A program made the position numbers and the translations under genes. 41,707 nt of DNA from an uncultured Clostridia bacterium (lineage in GTDB: Bacteria > Bacillota > Clostridia > Oscillospirales > Ruminococcaceae). Positions within the stretch are counted from its first letter, which is position 1, and each line of letters begins with the position of its first letter. Below the pieces are notes generated by a model. The model was given only the letters and a program-made list of their open reading frames with translations, did no database searches and was not told where the DNA came from. Below are positions 18,787-27,580 of the stretch, piece after piece. Where the stretch lies: assembly GCA_945921635.1 (NCBI GenBank), contig CAMEKZ010000001.1:1-41707 (forward strand), written 5' to 3'.

Positions 18787-18950
18787 GCTGTCACCTCCTG
18801 ACTTAAAAAGTACGTCTAAATTACAGCTTTCGCCATGATTTCAGAATGTTAAAAGGCATATCAACGCCTAGGTTAGTATTATATCATAAAGCTAACCCAA
18901 ATGCAAGTCTTTTTTTACTTTTTCTAAAACCTTATATATTACGCACTAAA

Positions 18951-20669
18951 TCAGCCTACTATTTTTGTAAAATCTGCCGAATATTCCGCCTGTTTAGCCG
19001 CCGCATCCTCTACGCTTGTGCCTACCGTTGTATAGTAGAGCTTGATTTTAGGCTCGGTACCCGAGGGTCTGATTACAATGCTTGCGTTGTTTTCAAGATA
19101 AAGCGTGATAACGTTTGACTTAGGAAGTGTAAGCACGGTCTTTTCGCCGGTTACAAAATCGCTCTTTTCGCTGAGCTTGTAGTCAGCCATGCCGATCACG
19201 CGGCTGCCTGCGATAGCCTTCGGATAATCAGTTCGCAGCTTATCCATGATAGCATCCATCTTCTTCATACCGCTCTCTCCCTCAAACTGGAAGGTTTCGA
19301 GCTTGTTGCAGTAAAAGCCGTAGTCCGCGTACATCTTTGCTCTCGCCTGTACGAGCGAAATTCCCTGTGAGCGGTAGAATGCCGCCATCTCGCAAATAAG
19401 CATTGACGCTACAACCGCGTCCTTATCTCTTACATAGCTGCCCGCGAGATAGCCGTAGCTCTCCTCAAAGCCGAAGATGTATCTGTCCTGCTCGCCCTTC
19501 TGCTCCAAAAAGCCTATCTGCTCGCCGATAAACTTAAAGCCTGTCAGCACCTCGATAAGCTCAACACCGTACTTTGCGGCGATTGCCTTTACAAGGTCGG
19601 TGGTTACTATTGTCTTTACCGCGACAGGGTTTTTCGGCATTGTGCCGTTTGCGGTTCTTTCCTTGCATATATATTCAAGAAGCATTGCGCCTACTTCGTT
19701 GCCTGTAAACAGTACATAATCATCACCATCGGGCACCGCGATACCTACACGGTCGCTGTCGGGGTCGGTAGCAAGCAGCAGGTCGGGCTTTTCGGTCTTG
19801 CAAAGTTCAAGGCCGAGTGTAAGAGCCTAGCGGATTTCGGGGTTGGGGTAGGGACAGGTGGTGAAGTTGCCGTCGGGGTTTTCCTGCTCCTTTACAACTA
19901 CAACATCGTTTATGCCGATTTCCTTTAAAATTCTGCGTACCGGCTTGTTTCCCGCGCCGTTAAGCGGGGTGTATACCACTTTAAGTCCGCTCTTTGCACA
20001 AAGGTCGGGGTGAATGGACTGCTTTTTAACGTTTGCGATATAGTCGTCGATAACGTCCTGTCCGATGTACTTTATCGAGCCGTCCTTTATGTCCTGCTCA
20101 AAGTCGCTTGTCTTTACATCGCTGAATATATCCAGCTTTTCAATCTCGGCGAGGATCTTTTCGGCCGCGTCAAGAGTTACCTGACAGCCGTCGCTTCCGT
20201 ATACCTTGTAGCCGTTGTATTTTGCGGGGTTGTGGCTCGCGGTCAGAATAATACCCGCGTCGCAGCCGAGCGCGCGTACCGCAAAGGACAGCATGGGGGT
20301 GGGCATAAGCTCGGTGTAGATGTTAGCCTTTATACCGTTTGCCGCAAAGATTGAAGCCGCGTGCTTTGCAAACACGTCTGACTTTATTCTGCTGTCATAA
20401 GCGACAGCTACGCTTAAATCGGATTTGCCTGTATTTTTAAGATAGTTTGCAAGTCCCTGTGTAGCCTTGCCTACCGTGTAAACGTTCATTCTGTTAGTGC
20501 CTGCGCCGATTACGCCGCGCAGTCCGCCGGTACCGAATTCGAGGTCGCGGTAAAAACGGTCGGAGATTTCCTCGTCCTTGCCGTTTATTGTTTCAAGCTC
20601 CGCCTTTAAATCAGAGTCGAGAGTTGCTTTTTCAAGCCATTCGCCGTAAAGAGTTTCAATCTTTCCCAT
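18951..20669 (-). pseudogene. pgm: Phosphoglucomutase/phosphomannomutase with a single in-frame TAG at codon 281 (19829-19827)
   Basis: One continuous frame: FGTGGLRG, TASHNP, PNPEIR*ALTLGLELCKTEKPDLLLATDPDSDR, FGFEESYG, RPSGTEPK. 573 codons, typical of full-length enzyme. Nonsense allele, sequence error and readthrough cannot be distinguished here. Confidence 0.88.
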
Positions 20670-20807
20670 AATAGTCTTTCCTTTCTGAAAATCACGCGGC
20701 ATACCGCCGCAAACCTTATTATTCAGTATAACATCTTTTTAGTAAAAATGCAAATATAAAATAAAAATTTCCCTTAAAAATTTTCGTTAAATCTGTACTT
20801 GTTTTTG

Positions 20808-20862
20808 TTGAAAATACACCTAATTTGATGTATAATTACATTATGTTACTTTATGTTACTTT
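20808..20862 (+). promoter_or_regulatory. comM promoter with tandem 10-bp repeat
   Basis: TTGAAA 20808-20813, 17 bp, TATAAT 20831-20836, then TTATGTTACT twice at 20841-20860. Confidence 0.65.
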
Positions 20863-20884
20863 AAATCGTTAGGGAGGTGCTTAA

Positions 20885-22405
20885 ATGTACGCACAGGTAA
20901 ACGGTATGGGACTTTTCGGAATGAACGCTTTCAAGGTCACCGCCGAGATTATCGCCGCACGCGGACAGCCCGCTTTTGAGATTGTCGGACTTGCAGACCT
21001 TGCCGTGCAGGAAAGCAAAATGCGTATAAAGGGCGCGCTTGCGGGCGTAGGCATACGCGTAAGCGGCCAGCGCCTTACGGTAAACCTTGCGCCGGCAGAT
21101 GTGCGAAAATGCGGCTCGCTGTACGATTTTACGATAATAGCCGCGATACTCGCGGCAGACGGGATTATTTCTGAGGATATTTCCGACTGTGCCTTTATCG
21201 GAGAGGTGTCACTCGGCGGCAGTCTTGTCTTTACAAACGGAATTTTAAGCATGGCTATCGAGGCGAGGCGCTGCGGCATTAAAAAGCTGTTTCTCCCCGC
21301 CGAAAATGCGCGCGAGGCATCTGTTGTCGAGGACATTGAGGTGTACGGCGTAAAGGATATAGCCGCGCTCCTCGACCACTTCACCGGAAATAAAAAGCTC
21401 ACGCCGGAGCAGCCGTACAAGCCGGAGGATATACTGTCCGCCGCCGAGAATTTCTCGGACGTAAAGGGTCAGCCGCTTGCAAAGCGGGCGCTTGAGGTTG
21501 CCGCCGCAGGCTTTCACAATGTGCTTCTGATAGGCCCGCCCGGTACCGGCAAGAGCATGATTTCAAAGCGCATACCGTCTATTCTCCCGCCGATGAGCTT
21601 TGACGAGAGCATGGAGACCACGGGTATCCACTCTGTCGCGGGTATGCTTGACAAAACCAACCCGATAATCACCAGAAGGCCCTTCCGCGCAGTATCGCAT
21701 ACCGCCTCGGCGGTCGGACTTATCGGCGGCGGAAGCGTGCCCAGACCCGGTGAAATCTCGCTTGCACACAACGGCGTGCTTTTTCTGGACGAGCTGCCCG
21801 AGTTTGACCGCCGCACGCTGGAAACTCTGCGCCAGCCGCTTGAGGACGGCGTGATTACTATTTCAAGGGCACAGGGCTCTATCACATACCCCTGCGACAT
21901 TATGCTGGTCGCCGCGATGAACCCCTGCCCCTGCGGCAACTACGGCAACCCTAAGGCAAAATGCACCTGCTCGCAGAAAATGATACAAAGCTATCTCGGA
22001 AAAATCAGCCGCCCCGTGCTGGACAGAATAGACATCCAGGTAGAGATGCCGCAGCTGTCATACGATGAAATAAGCAGCGCGGAAAAGGGCGAGCCGAGCG
22101 AGGCTATTTTAGAACGCGTCATGCGGGCGAGGGAAATACAGCAAAAGCGCTTTGCGGGCACAGATATACGCTCAAACTCAAAAATACCGCCGTCGTATCT
22201 GCACGAGATGTGCAAGACCGACGACGCCGCAAAAAAGCTTATTTCCGACTGCTTTGACAAAATGGGGCTGTCCGCCCGCGCCTACGACAGAATATTAAAG
22301 GTTGCGCGCACCTGTGCAGACCTTGCGGGTAGCGAGATTATACGCAGGCAGGACATAGCCTCGGCGATAAACTTCCGCAGTCTTGACCGGAAATACTGGA
22401 CATAA
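20885..22405 (+). CDS. comM: YifB/ComM Mg-chelatase-like AAA+ ATPase
   Basis: TVNLAPAD, DVKGQ, GPPGTGKS, PGEISLAHNGVLFLDELPEF, AMNPCPCG, LSARAYDRILKVART. Confidence 0.95.
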   Translation: MYAQVNGMGLFGMNAFKVTAEIIAARGQPAFEIVGLADLAVQESKMRIKGALAGVGIRVSGQRLTVNLAPADVRKCGSLYDFTIIAAILAADGIISEDISDCAFIGEVSLGGSLVFTNGILSMAIEARRCGIKKLFLPAENAREASVVEDIEVYGVKDIAALLDHFTGNKKLTPEQPYKPEDILSAAENFSDVKGQPLAKRALEVAAAGFHNVLLIGPPGTGKSMISKRIPSILPPMSFDESMETTGIHSVAGMLDKTNPIITRRPFRAVSHTASAVGLIGGGSVPRPGEISLAHNGVLFLDELPEFDRRTLETLRQPLEDGVITISRAQGSITYPCDIMLVAAMNPCPCGNYGNPKAKCTCSQKMIQSYLGKISRPVLDRIDIQVEMPQLSYDEISSAEKGEPSEAILERVMRAREIQQKRFAGTDIRSNSKIPPSYLHEMCKTDDAAKKLISDCFDKMGLSARAYDRILKVARTCADLAGSEIIRRQDIASAINFRSLDRKYWT

Positions 22406-22408
22406 AAC

Positions 22409-22614
22409 AATAATGAACAATGAATAATGAATAATTATGGTATCGGCTTCGCCGATTGTTCTGAAAAATATGATTATAACATAAATCAAGCCGCCGGCAG
22501 GCGCCGCTTATGAGCGTTTTGCGGCTGAGGTTATTATAAGCGTTATTTCAATCCTGTGCCCAAAGGGCACACCACATTTATTCACTATTCGTTATTCTAT
22601 ATTCATTATTCATT
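22409..22614. repeat. REP-like branched palindromic element with heptamer-repeat arms
   Basis: About 4 AATAATG-type heptamers on the left and 5 complementary ATTCATT-type heptamers on the right. They enclose hairpins ATCGGC-ttc-GCCGAT, AGCCGC/GCGGCT and GTGCCC-aaa-GGGCAC. Confidence 0.75.
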
Positions 22615-22681
22615 ACGACGATAAACCCTTTTTCAGAGTTTATCGACAGCCTTAAACCTCCTCAGAAATCGGCAAAGTTCT

Positions 22682-23560
22682 TCATACCCCCTGTAAATCC
22701 CAGTCGGGCGTCATCTCAAGCGTGGCGCTCGACTTTTCCTGTGTGTAGCCGTCAAAGCCGAGCGACGCGGCATAATCTACTACGCTGTCATACTCAAAGG
22801 TGGTCACCCTGCGGCCGAGCTTTTTTATTTCAAGCGCCTTGCCGCACGGCGTATACTGCCGCAAAAGGCTGATTTTTATGTCGTTTACCGGCAGAGCCTG
22901 TGCCAAAATATCCAGCACCCGCATACTGTCATGCCGACAGCCGGGCAGTACCATGTGGCGGACGATAACTCCGCTTTTCATCATGCCGTTTTCGTCAAAT
23001 ACCGCTTTGCCGCGCTGGCGGTACATCTCGCAGACCGCCGCAAGCGCCGCTGCGGGATAATCTGCCGCCGCGGAAAATTCTTTTGAAAGCGCGCTGTCCG
23101 CGTATTTAAAATCGGGTAAATAAATATCGATAAGTTCGTCAAAGCGCTTTAGCGTATCGGCCGACTCATAGCCGCCGCAGTTGTACACCACGGGGATTTC
23201 AAGCTGCGGCTTTGCTTTTTCAAGCGCGTATATTATCTCCTCGGCAAAATGCGTGGGGGTGACGAGGTTTATGTTGTGCGCTCCCTTGTCCTGAAGTTCA
23301 AGCATTATCTCCGCGAGCCTGTCGGGGGTTATCTCCTTTCCGAAGCCCTCGCGGCTTATCGGCATATTCTGACAGAATACGCATTTTAGCGGACAGCCGG
23401 AGAAAAATATCGTGCCGCTCCCTTTTTTGCCGGAGATGCACGGCTCCTCGCCGTAGTGCAGGCACGCCTTTGCGATTTTCAGCGTCTTTACCGAGCAGAA
23501 GCCGGCGCGCTCGGCGCGGTTTACTCCGCATTTTCTCGGACAGATATTACAACCCGCCAT
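22682..23560 (-). CDS. Radical SAM protein (PflX-like)
   Basis: CNICPRKC, HYGEEPCISG, SGTIFFSGCPLKCVFCQN (CxxxCxxC), NINLVTPTH, DIYLPDFKY. Start MAGC at 23560. Confidence 0.92.
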   Translation of the reverse strand: MAGCNICPRKCGVNRAERAGFCSVKTLKIAKACLHYGEEPCISGKKGSGTIFFSGCPLKCVFCQNMPISREGFGKEITPDRLAEIMLELQDKGAHNINLVTPTHFAEEIIYALEKAKPQLEIPVVYNCGGYESADTLKRFDELIDIYLPDFKYADSALSKEFSAAADYPAAALAAVCEMYRQRGKAVFDENGMMKSGVIVRHMVLPGCRHDSMRVLDILAQALPVNDIKISLLRQYTPCGKALEIKKLGRRVTTFEYDSVVDYAASLGFDGYTQEKSSATLEMTPDWDLQGV

Positions 23561-23622
23561 TTTATCATCTCCCAAATCATAGCTACAGCCGAGCGGCATT
23601 TACCGGCGCTCGGCTGAATATT

Positions 23623-25023
23623 TTATTCGCTTGTAGTTGTGCTGTCTGTGCTTTCTGCCACAGAGCTTTCGTCAGAAGCCGTGCTGTCAGCCGCCGCCGA
23701 GGTCTCCTCCTCGGGCTTATCTAAGTTCAGCTTGTCATAGTCGTAATCATAGCCGACCTGCTTGCGCCACTCGACAATCGTGTTGTTGGCGGTCTCGTTC
23801 TGACGCTCGGAAAGCATACTGCTTTTTTCGGTTTCCTTCACCTTGTTCAAGTCTTCTTCGCTGATTTGCGCATCACCGGTGTACTTAATGATATAATATC
23901 CCTTGTCGGTAGCGATAAGTCCGGAAATATCGCCCACCTTTTCAAGTGAGTAGATTGCATCGTACAGACTGCTGTGGAGCGCCTGCGAGCCCTTAATTAT
24001 AAGCGTGGACTGTCCTGCATAGGCTTCGGAATAATCGTTGCTGTATTCCTTTATTACCGCGTCAAAATCCGCGCCCTCAGCGGTAGCTTTTTCAAGCGCC
24101 GCCTCAGCCTTTTCCTTTATCTCGGCGAGCTTTTCGTCACGCTGTTTGTCGATTTCTGCGTCATCTGCGCCGCTTTCTTCTCTTGCCGCTGTAAGCTCAG
24201 CCGCATCGGCAGAGCTTAGTCCGAGATAGATATACTTTATCTCTCTTGAGCCCTCGGGCAGCCATACGCTCTGGTATGCGTTGTTTGTTTCAAAGCTTGA
24301 TACATCGCTTTCGTATGTGCTCTTTGCTTCGTTTATGAGATTATTTATATATTCGTCGATTTCCTCATCGGTGACGGTTATGTCCTTATACACATATTCA
24401 AGCACCTTTTTTTCGATAAAGGTGTTTGTCTGCCAGGTGAGCAGAATTTCCTCGGTGAGACCGAATTGTCCGATATATGCACCAAAAAGCTCTTTTTCCT
24501 TTTCGAGGATTTTTTCATCGTTTGCGCTGTCGCCGCCCGAAGTATCGTCACTTGTTATGCCAAGCGCCTCTTCGGCATCGGATTTAAAGTTTTCGTACCA
24601 CTTGCCGAGGATTTCCTGATACGATGTGTCTATCTCGTTCATTTCCTCTTCGGTAAGGGTATCAAGTCCGTATTCCTTTGCTTTTCTGAGAATGATTTTC
24701 TCGTTTGAAAGCATATCGATTATATTCTGTCTGTAGTATTTTGCATACGCCTCATAGTCGGAGCTTGTCTCGTCAAGGCCGTAGTTTGTGATAGTAAAAG
24801 CGTACTCGGAGTAAAAATCCTTGAACTTTATATTATAATACTCCTTGTCCTCCTCGCTTAAATCCGCACCTGTCGCCCATGCGATTATGTCGTCATCCTG
24901 CGCCGTCCAGATATTTTCGACGCTGGTGGTGTCACCCGATGATGTAAGTATACTCTCGCTGCAGCCTGTAAAAGCCATGGTTATCGCAAGTGCGGCTGAT
25001 GCCATTGCTAAAATCTTCTTCAT
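23623..25023 (-). CDS. Lipoprotein foldase, PrsA/SurA-like with parvulin-type domain
   Basis: Lipobox FTGC; helical region IILRKAKEYGL; parvulin-like GADFDAVIKEYSND...VGDISGLIATDKGYYIIK; acidic Ser/Thr tail. Confidence 0.8.
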   Translation of the reverse strand: MKKILAMASAALAITMAFTGCSESILTSSGDTTSVENIWTAQDDDIIAWATGADLSEEDKEYYNIKFKDFYSEYAFTITNYGLDETSSDYEAYAKYYRQNIIDMLSNEKIILRKAKEYGLDTLTEEEMNEIDTSYQEILGKWYENFKSDAEEALGITSDDTSGGDSANDEKILEKEKELFGAYIGQFGLTEEILLTWQTNTFIEKKVLEYVYKDITVTDEEIDEYINNLINEAKSTYESDVSSFETNNAYQSVWLPEGSREIKYIYLGLSSADAAELTAAREESGADDAEIDKQRDEKLAEIKEKAEAALEKATAEGADFDAVIKEYSNDYSEAYAGQSTLIIKGSQALHSSLYDAIYSLEKVGDISGLIATDKGYYIIKYTGDAQISEEDLNKVKETEKSSMLSERQNETANNTIVEWRKQVGYDYDYDKLNLDKPEEETSAAADSTASDESSVAESTDSTTTSE

Positions 25024-25315
25024 TTGTTTTCTTATCCTCCGTAATACATAGCAGGAAAGCCCTGTGTATTTTTATGATTTTCAGCCGGTCTGTTTTGTTG
25101 ATTTTGCATAACGTCCGACTATGACTATATAAGTATATCACAAAATTTCAAAAAATCAAAACTTTTTTTATAAAAATCAGGTGTTTTTTTTGTGAAAATG
25201 TGTTATACTAATATAAACTATGTAAATTTACCCCGATTGCGGCGCCTGAATATACAGTCAGATGCCGCAGACGTGCTGAAAAATAAAAGCTGTAAATGAA
25301 AGGGACGGTCAGAAC

Positions 25316-26494
25316 ATGAAGCTTTCAAAATACATAAAAATAATCGCGCTTATTCTCAGCTGTATTATGCTGCTGTGTGCCTGCTCGGGAGAGGGCGAAA
25401 GCTCGTCCGAGGCATCTTCGCTTGCAGGTACAGAGGAAAACGAGGGACAGGCAAAGGTAGGCTATATATATAATGATGTCGTTTCGCACGACAACATGAC
25501 CTATATGTTTGAAAAGACGCGCCGCGATATACAGACCGCGCTTGAAATAGAGACCTGCTATGTTGACAATATACCCGTTTCGCAGTTTGAAAACGCGGTT
25601 AAGGCGCTTAAAAACGAGGGCTGCAACATTATCGTGTCCGCGTCAAACGCATTCGCGAACTCAGCGTACAGCTACGCAAAGAAGGACAAGGATATATACA
25701 TAATGAGCTACGGCGGGTCGGCGTCGCTGTCAAACCTCACCTGCTTCCAGCCTAAGATATATCAGCCCGCCTTTATCTGCGGAACGGCGGCGGCGTGGAA
25801 CTCCTCGGCACATAAGATAGGAATTGTCTGCGATGATACAATGTTCGGCTCATATTCGGTAATAAACGCCTTTGTGCTCGGTGTGGAGCAGATTTACAAA
25901 ATCGACGAAACCGATGTAAAGGTCGCATTTGCAAACACCAACAGCGAAACCACGGCGGCGGTTGATGACCTTGTCGCACAGGGCTGTGACGTGATTTTCT
26001 CATATCAGTCGTACGACTACGCAATGTACTACTGCGATTCTATCGGAATAAAGTCGATAGGCTTTACCTCCGATGTCGATTATTCGGCAGAAGAGCGCGG
26101 ACTTATGGGATTTTATCTCAACTGGGCCACTTCGCTTACTGACGCTGTTCGCACCTGCATATACAACAACTTCACTCCCGAGGTGTTTATCGGCGGCATA
26201 AATGAGGCGTTTGTAAAAATCACGCCGTACAGCGACAACTGCAAAACCGAGACAGGCACAATCTGCGACACGCTTTATGAGTATGTAAAGAAGGGAAATG
26301 CCAAGATATTTGTCGGTGAGCTCAGAGACAAGGACGGACTTGCAAGGCTCGGCTCGGGCACGGTACTCACACACGACCGCATAATAGATATGGATTATCT
26401 GGTTTACGGCGTGACATATATCAATAACTATATCGAGCCTATAGAGACGCCGATTATACCGGACTATGCGGTGAAATCGGAGTTTATTGATTAA
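25316..26494 (+). CDS. BMP/PnrA family substrate-binding lipoprotein
   Basis: Lipobox LCAC, KVGYIY, KIGIV, NAFVLG, LVAQGCDVIF, LNW. Confidence 0.85.
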   Translation: MKLSKYIKIIALILSCIMLLCACSGEGESSSEASSLAGTEENEGQAKVGYIYNDVVSHDNMTYMFEKTRRDIQTALEIETCYVDNIPVSQFENAVKALKNEGCNIIVSASNAFANSAYSYAKKDKDIYIMSYGGSASLSNLTCFQPKIYQPAFICGTAAAWNSSAHKIGIVCDDTMFGSYSVINAFVLGVEQIYKIDETDVKVAFANTNSETTAAVDDLVAQGCDVIFSYQSYDYAMYYCDSIGIKSIGFTSDVDYSAEERGLMGFYLNWATSLTDAVRTCIYNNFTPEVFIGGINEAFVKITPYSDNCKTETGTICDTLYEYVKKGNAKIFVGELRDKDGLARLGSGTVLTHDRIIDMDYLVYGVTYINNYIEPIETPIIPDYAVKSEFID

Positions 26495-26531
26495 CTAAAT
26501 TTTTTCCGATAGCGGAAATTCTCACAGATTT

Positions 26532-26584
26532 ACGGTGATATACTGCGCGTGGTTTGCACGCGGTGTATCACCGTTATTTTATTA
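26532..26584 (+). terminator. Long hairpin terminator after the BMP gene
   Basis: ACGGTGATATACTGCG.../...CGCGGTGTATCACCGT followed by TATTTTATT. Confidence 0.7.
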
Positions 26585-26694
26585 TCCGGAGCGGCACTGC
26601 TAAGTTTTGCAAGCGTTAAACCCCGCCGCGCAAGTAAACTTGCATACATCACTATCTTATCGCGCGGCGGAACTGGGCGAGGCAACCTGCCTCA

Positions 26695-26747
26695 TTGTCA
26701 CCTAAATTTTGATTTTGGTTGACATTGGTGTTTTGTCGTGGTATTCT
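26695..26747 (+). promoter_or_regulatory. bioY promoter with candidate BirA operator
   Basis: TTGTCACC-N14-GGTTGACA resembles the BirA box TGTNAACC-N14/16-GGTTNACA. The right arm contains -35 TTGACA (26719-26724); 17 bp; TG-extended TATTCT. Confidence 0.7.
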
Positions 26748-26781
26748 TTAGCGGTAGAAAAAATTTAAAGGAATGGTGACA

Positions 26782-27351
26782 ATGACAAAACAAAAGACAT
26801 TAAACATCGTGCTGTGTGCGCTGTTTGCGGCGATAGTGGCTATTCTTTCACAGATAGCTATACCCATGCCCACAGGCGTACCGGTTACCCTGCAAACCTT
26901 TGCCGTAGCTTTATGCGGCTATTTTCTGTACACCTTAAAGGGTACAATCTCAATTGCCGTATACATAGCAATCGGTGCGGTAGGCGCACCTGTATTTTCG
27001 GGCTTCAAGGGCGGCTTTGCCTCGCTTATCGGCCCTACGGGCGGATTTATCTTCGGATTTCTGGCGATGGCGGCACTCTGCGGAATTTCATTTAAAAAAG
27101 CTCCGCTGAAGTTTCAGATTCCCCTGCGTATAGCTTTCGGTCTGCTCGGACTTGCGGCCTGCCATATCTGCGGCTTTGTACAATATGCGCTGGTAGCGGG
27201 TAAGGATTTGCTGACAAGCTTTTTACTGGTATCCGCTCCGTATCTCATCAAGGATATAGTAAGCGTTGTGCTGGCGTATTTCGCGGCTCTGGCGATTTCA
27301 AAACCGCTTAAAAGGTTTTTGCCCGCACAGAGTGCAAAACAGGCTGACTGA
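26782..27351 (+). CDS. bioY: Biotin ECF transporter S component
   Basis: VPVTLQTFAV, YIAIGAVGAPVFSG, GPTGGFIFGF, PYLIKD. Confidence 0.96.
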   Translation: MTKQKTLNIVLCALFAAIVAILSQIAIPMPTGVPVTLQTFAVALCGYFLYTLKGTISIAVYIAIGAVGAPVFSGFKGGFASLIGPTGGFIFGFLAMAALCGISFKKAPLKFQIPLRIAFGLLGLAACHICGFVQYALVAGKDLLTSFLLVSAPYLIKDIVSVVLAYFAALAISKPLKRFLPAQSAKQAD

Positions 27352-27372
27352 AAAATTTAATAATTCCGAGAA

Positions 27373-27410
27373 AATCGAGCCGTGTTTCCTGTCGGATATA
27401 CGGCTCGATT
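27373..27410. terminator. Hairpin between convergent bioY and yibE/F genes
   Basis: AATCGAGCCGTGTTTCC/GGATATACGGCTCGATT stem. Confidence 0.7.
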
Positions 27411-27417
27411 CATATTA

Positions 27418-27579
27418 GGTCTCCTCTAAAAACCCGTGCCGTTTTTATGTGGTGCAGATTTATTCGGCAGATTGTACAAAATTTTTGCAGGAATACTGGA
27501 TGTATTTCAAGAAAATTTTGGGCAATATGACGGATGAAGATGTGCCGCAGAGAAATGGCACAGTTTTTTAGAGGTGACC
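27418..27579. mobile_element. MITE-like element A (162 bp)
   Basis: TIRs GGTCTCCTCTAAAAAC / GTTTTTTAGAGGTGACC, ATTA duplicated on both sides, whole element foldback, no credible ORF. Confidence 0.75.
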
Positions 27580-27580
27580 A

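Noticed and set aside
19827-19829. Genome-wide TAG reassignment
   Set aside because: TAG terminates several genes at natural-looking C-termini (2315, 2709, 5266, 16646, 38174, 39794), and only one gene is interrupted.
18951-20702. Two separate genes as in the ORF track
   Set aside because: Both are in the same frame and the gap encodes the DPDSDR loop; this is one pgm.
22409-22614. CRISPR array or the small ORF 22295-22489
   Set aside because: Heptamers lack spacers and no cas genes are present; the IIHYSLFI translation is a by-product of the repeat.
25200-25315. Purine or other riboswitch upstream of the BMP gene
   Set aside because: Only a simple hairpin (TGCGGCG.CTGA/TCAG.TGCCGCA) with no recognisable aptamer; similar leader hairpins occur before many genes here.
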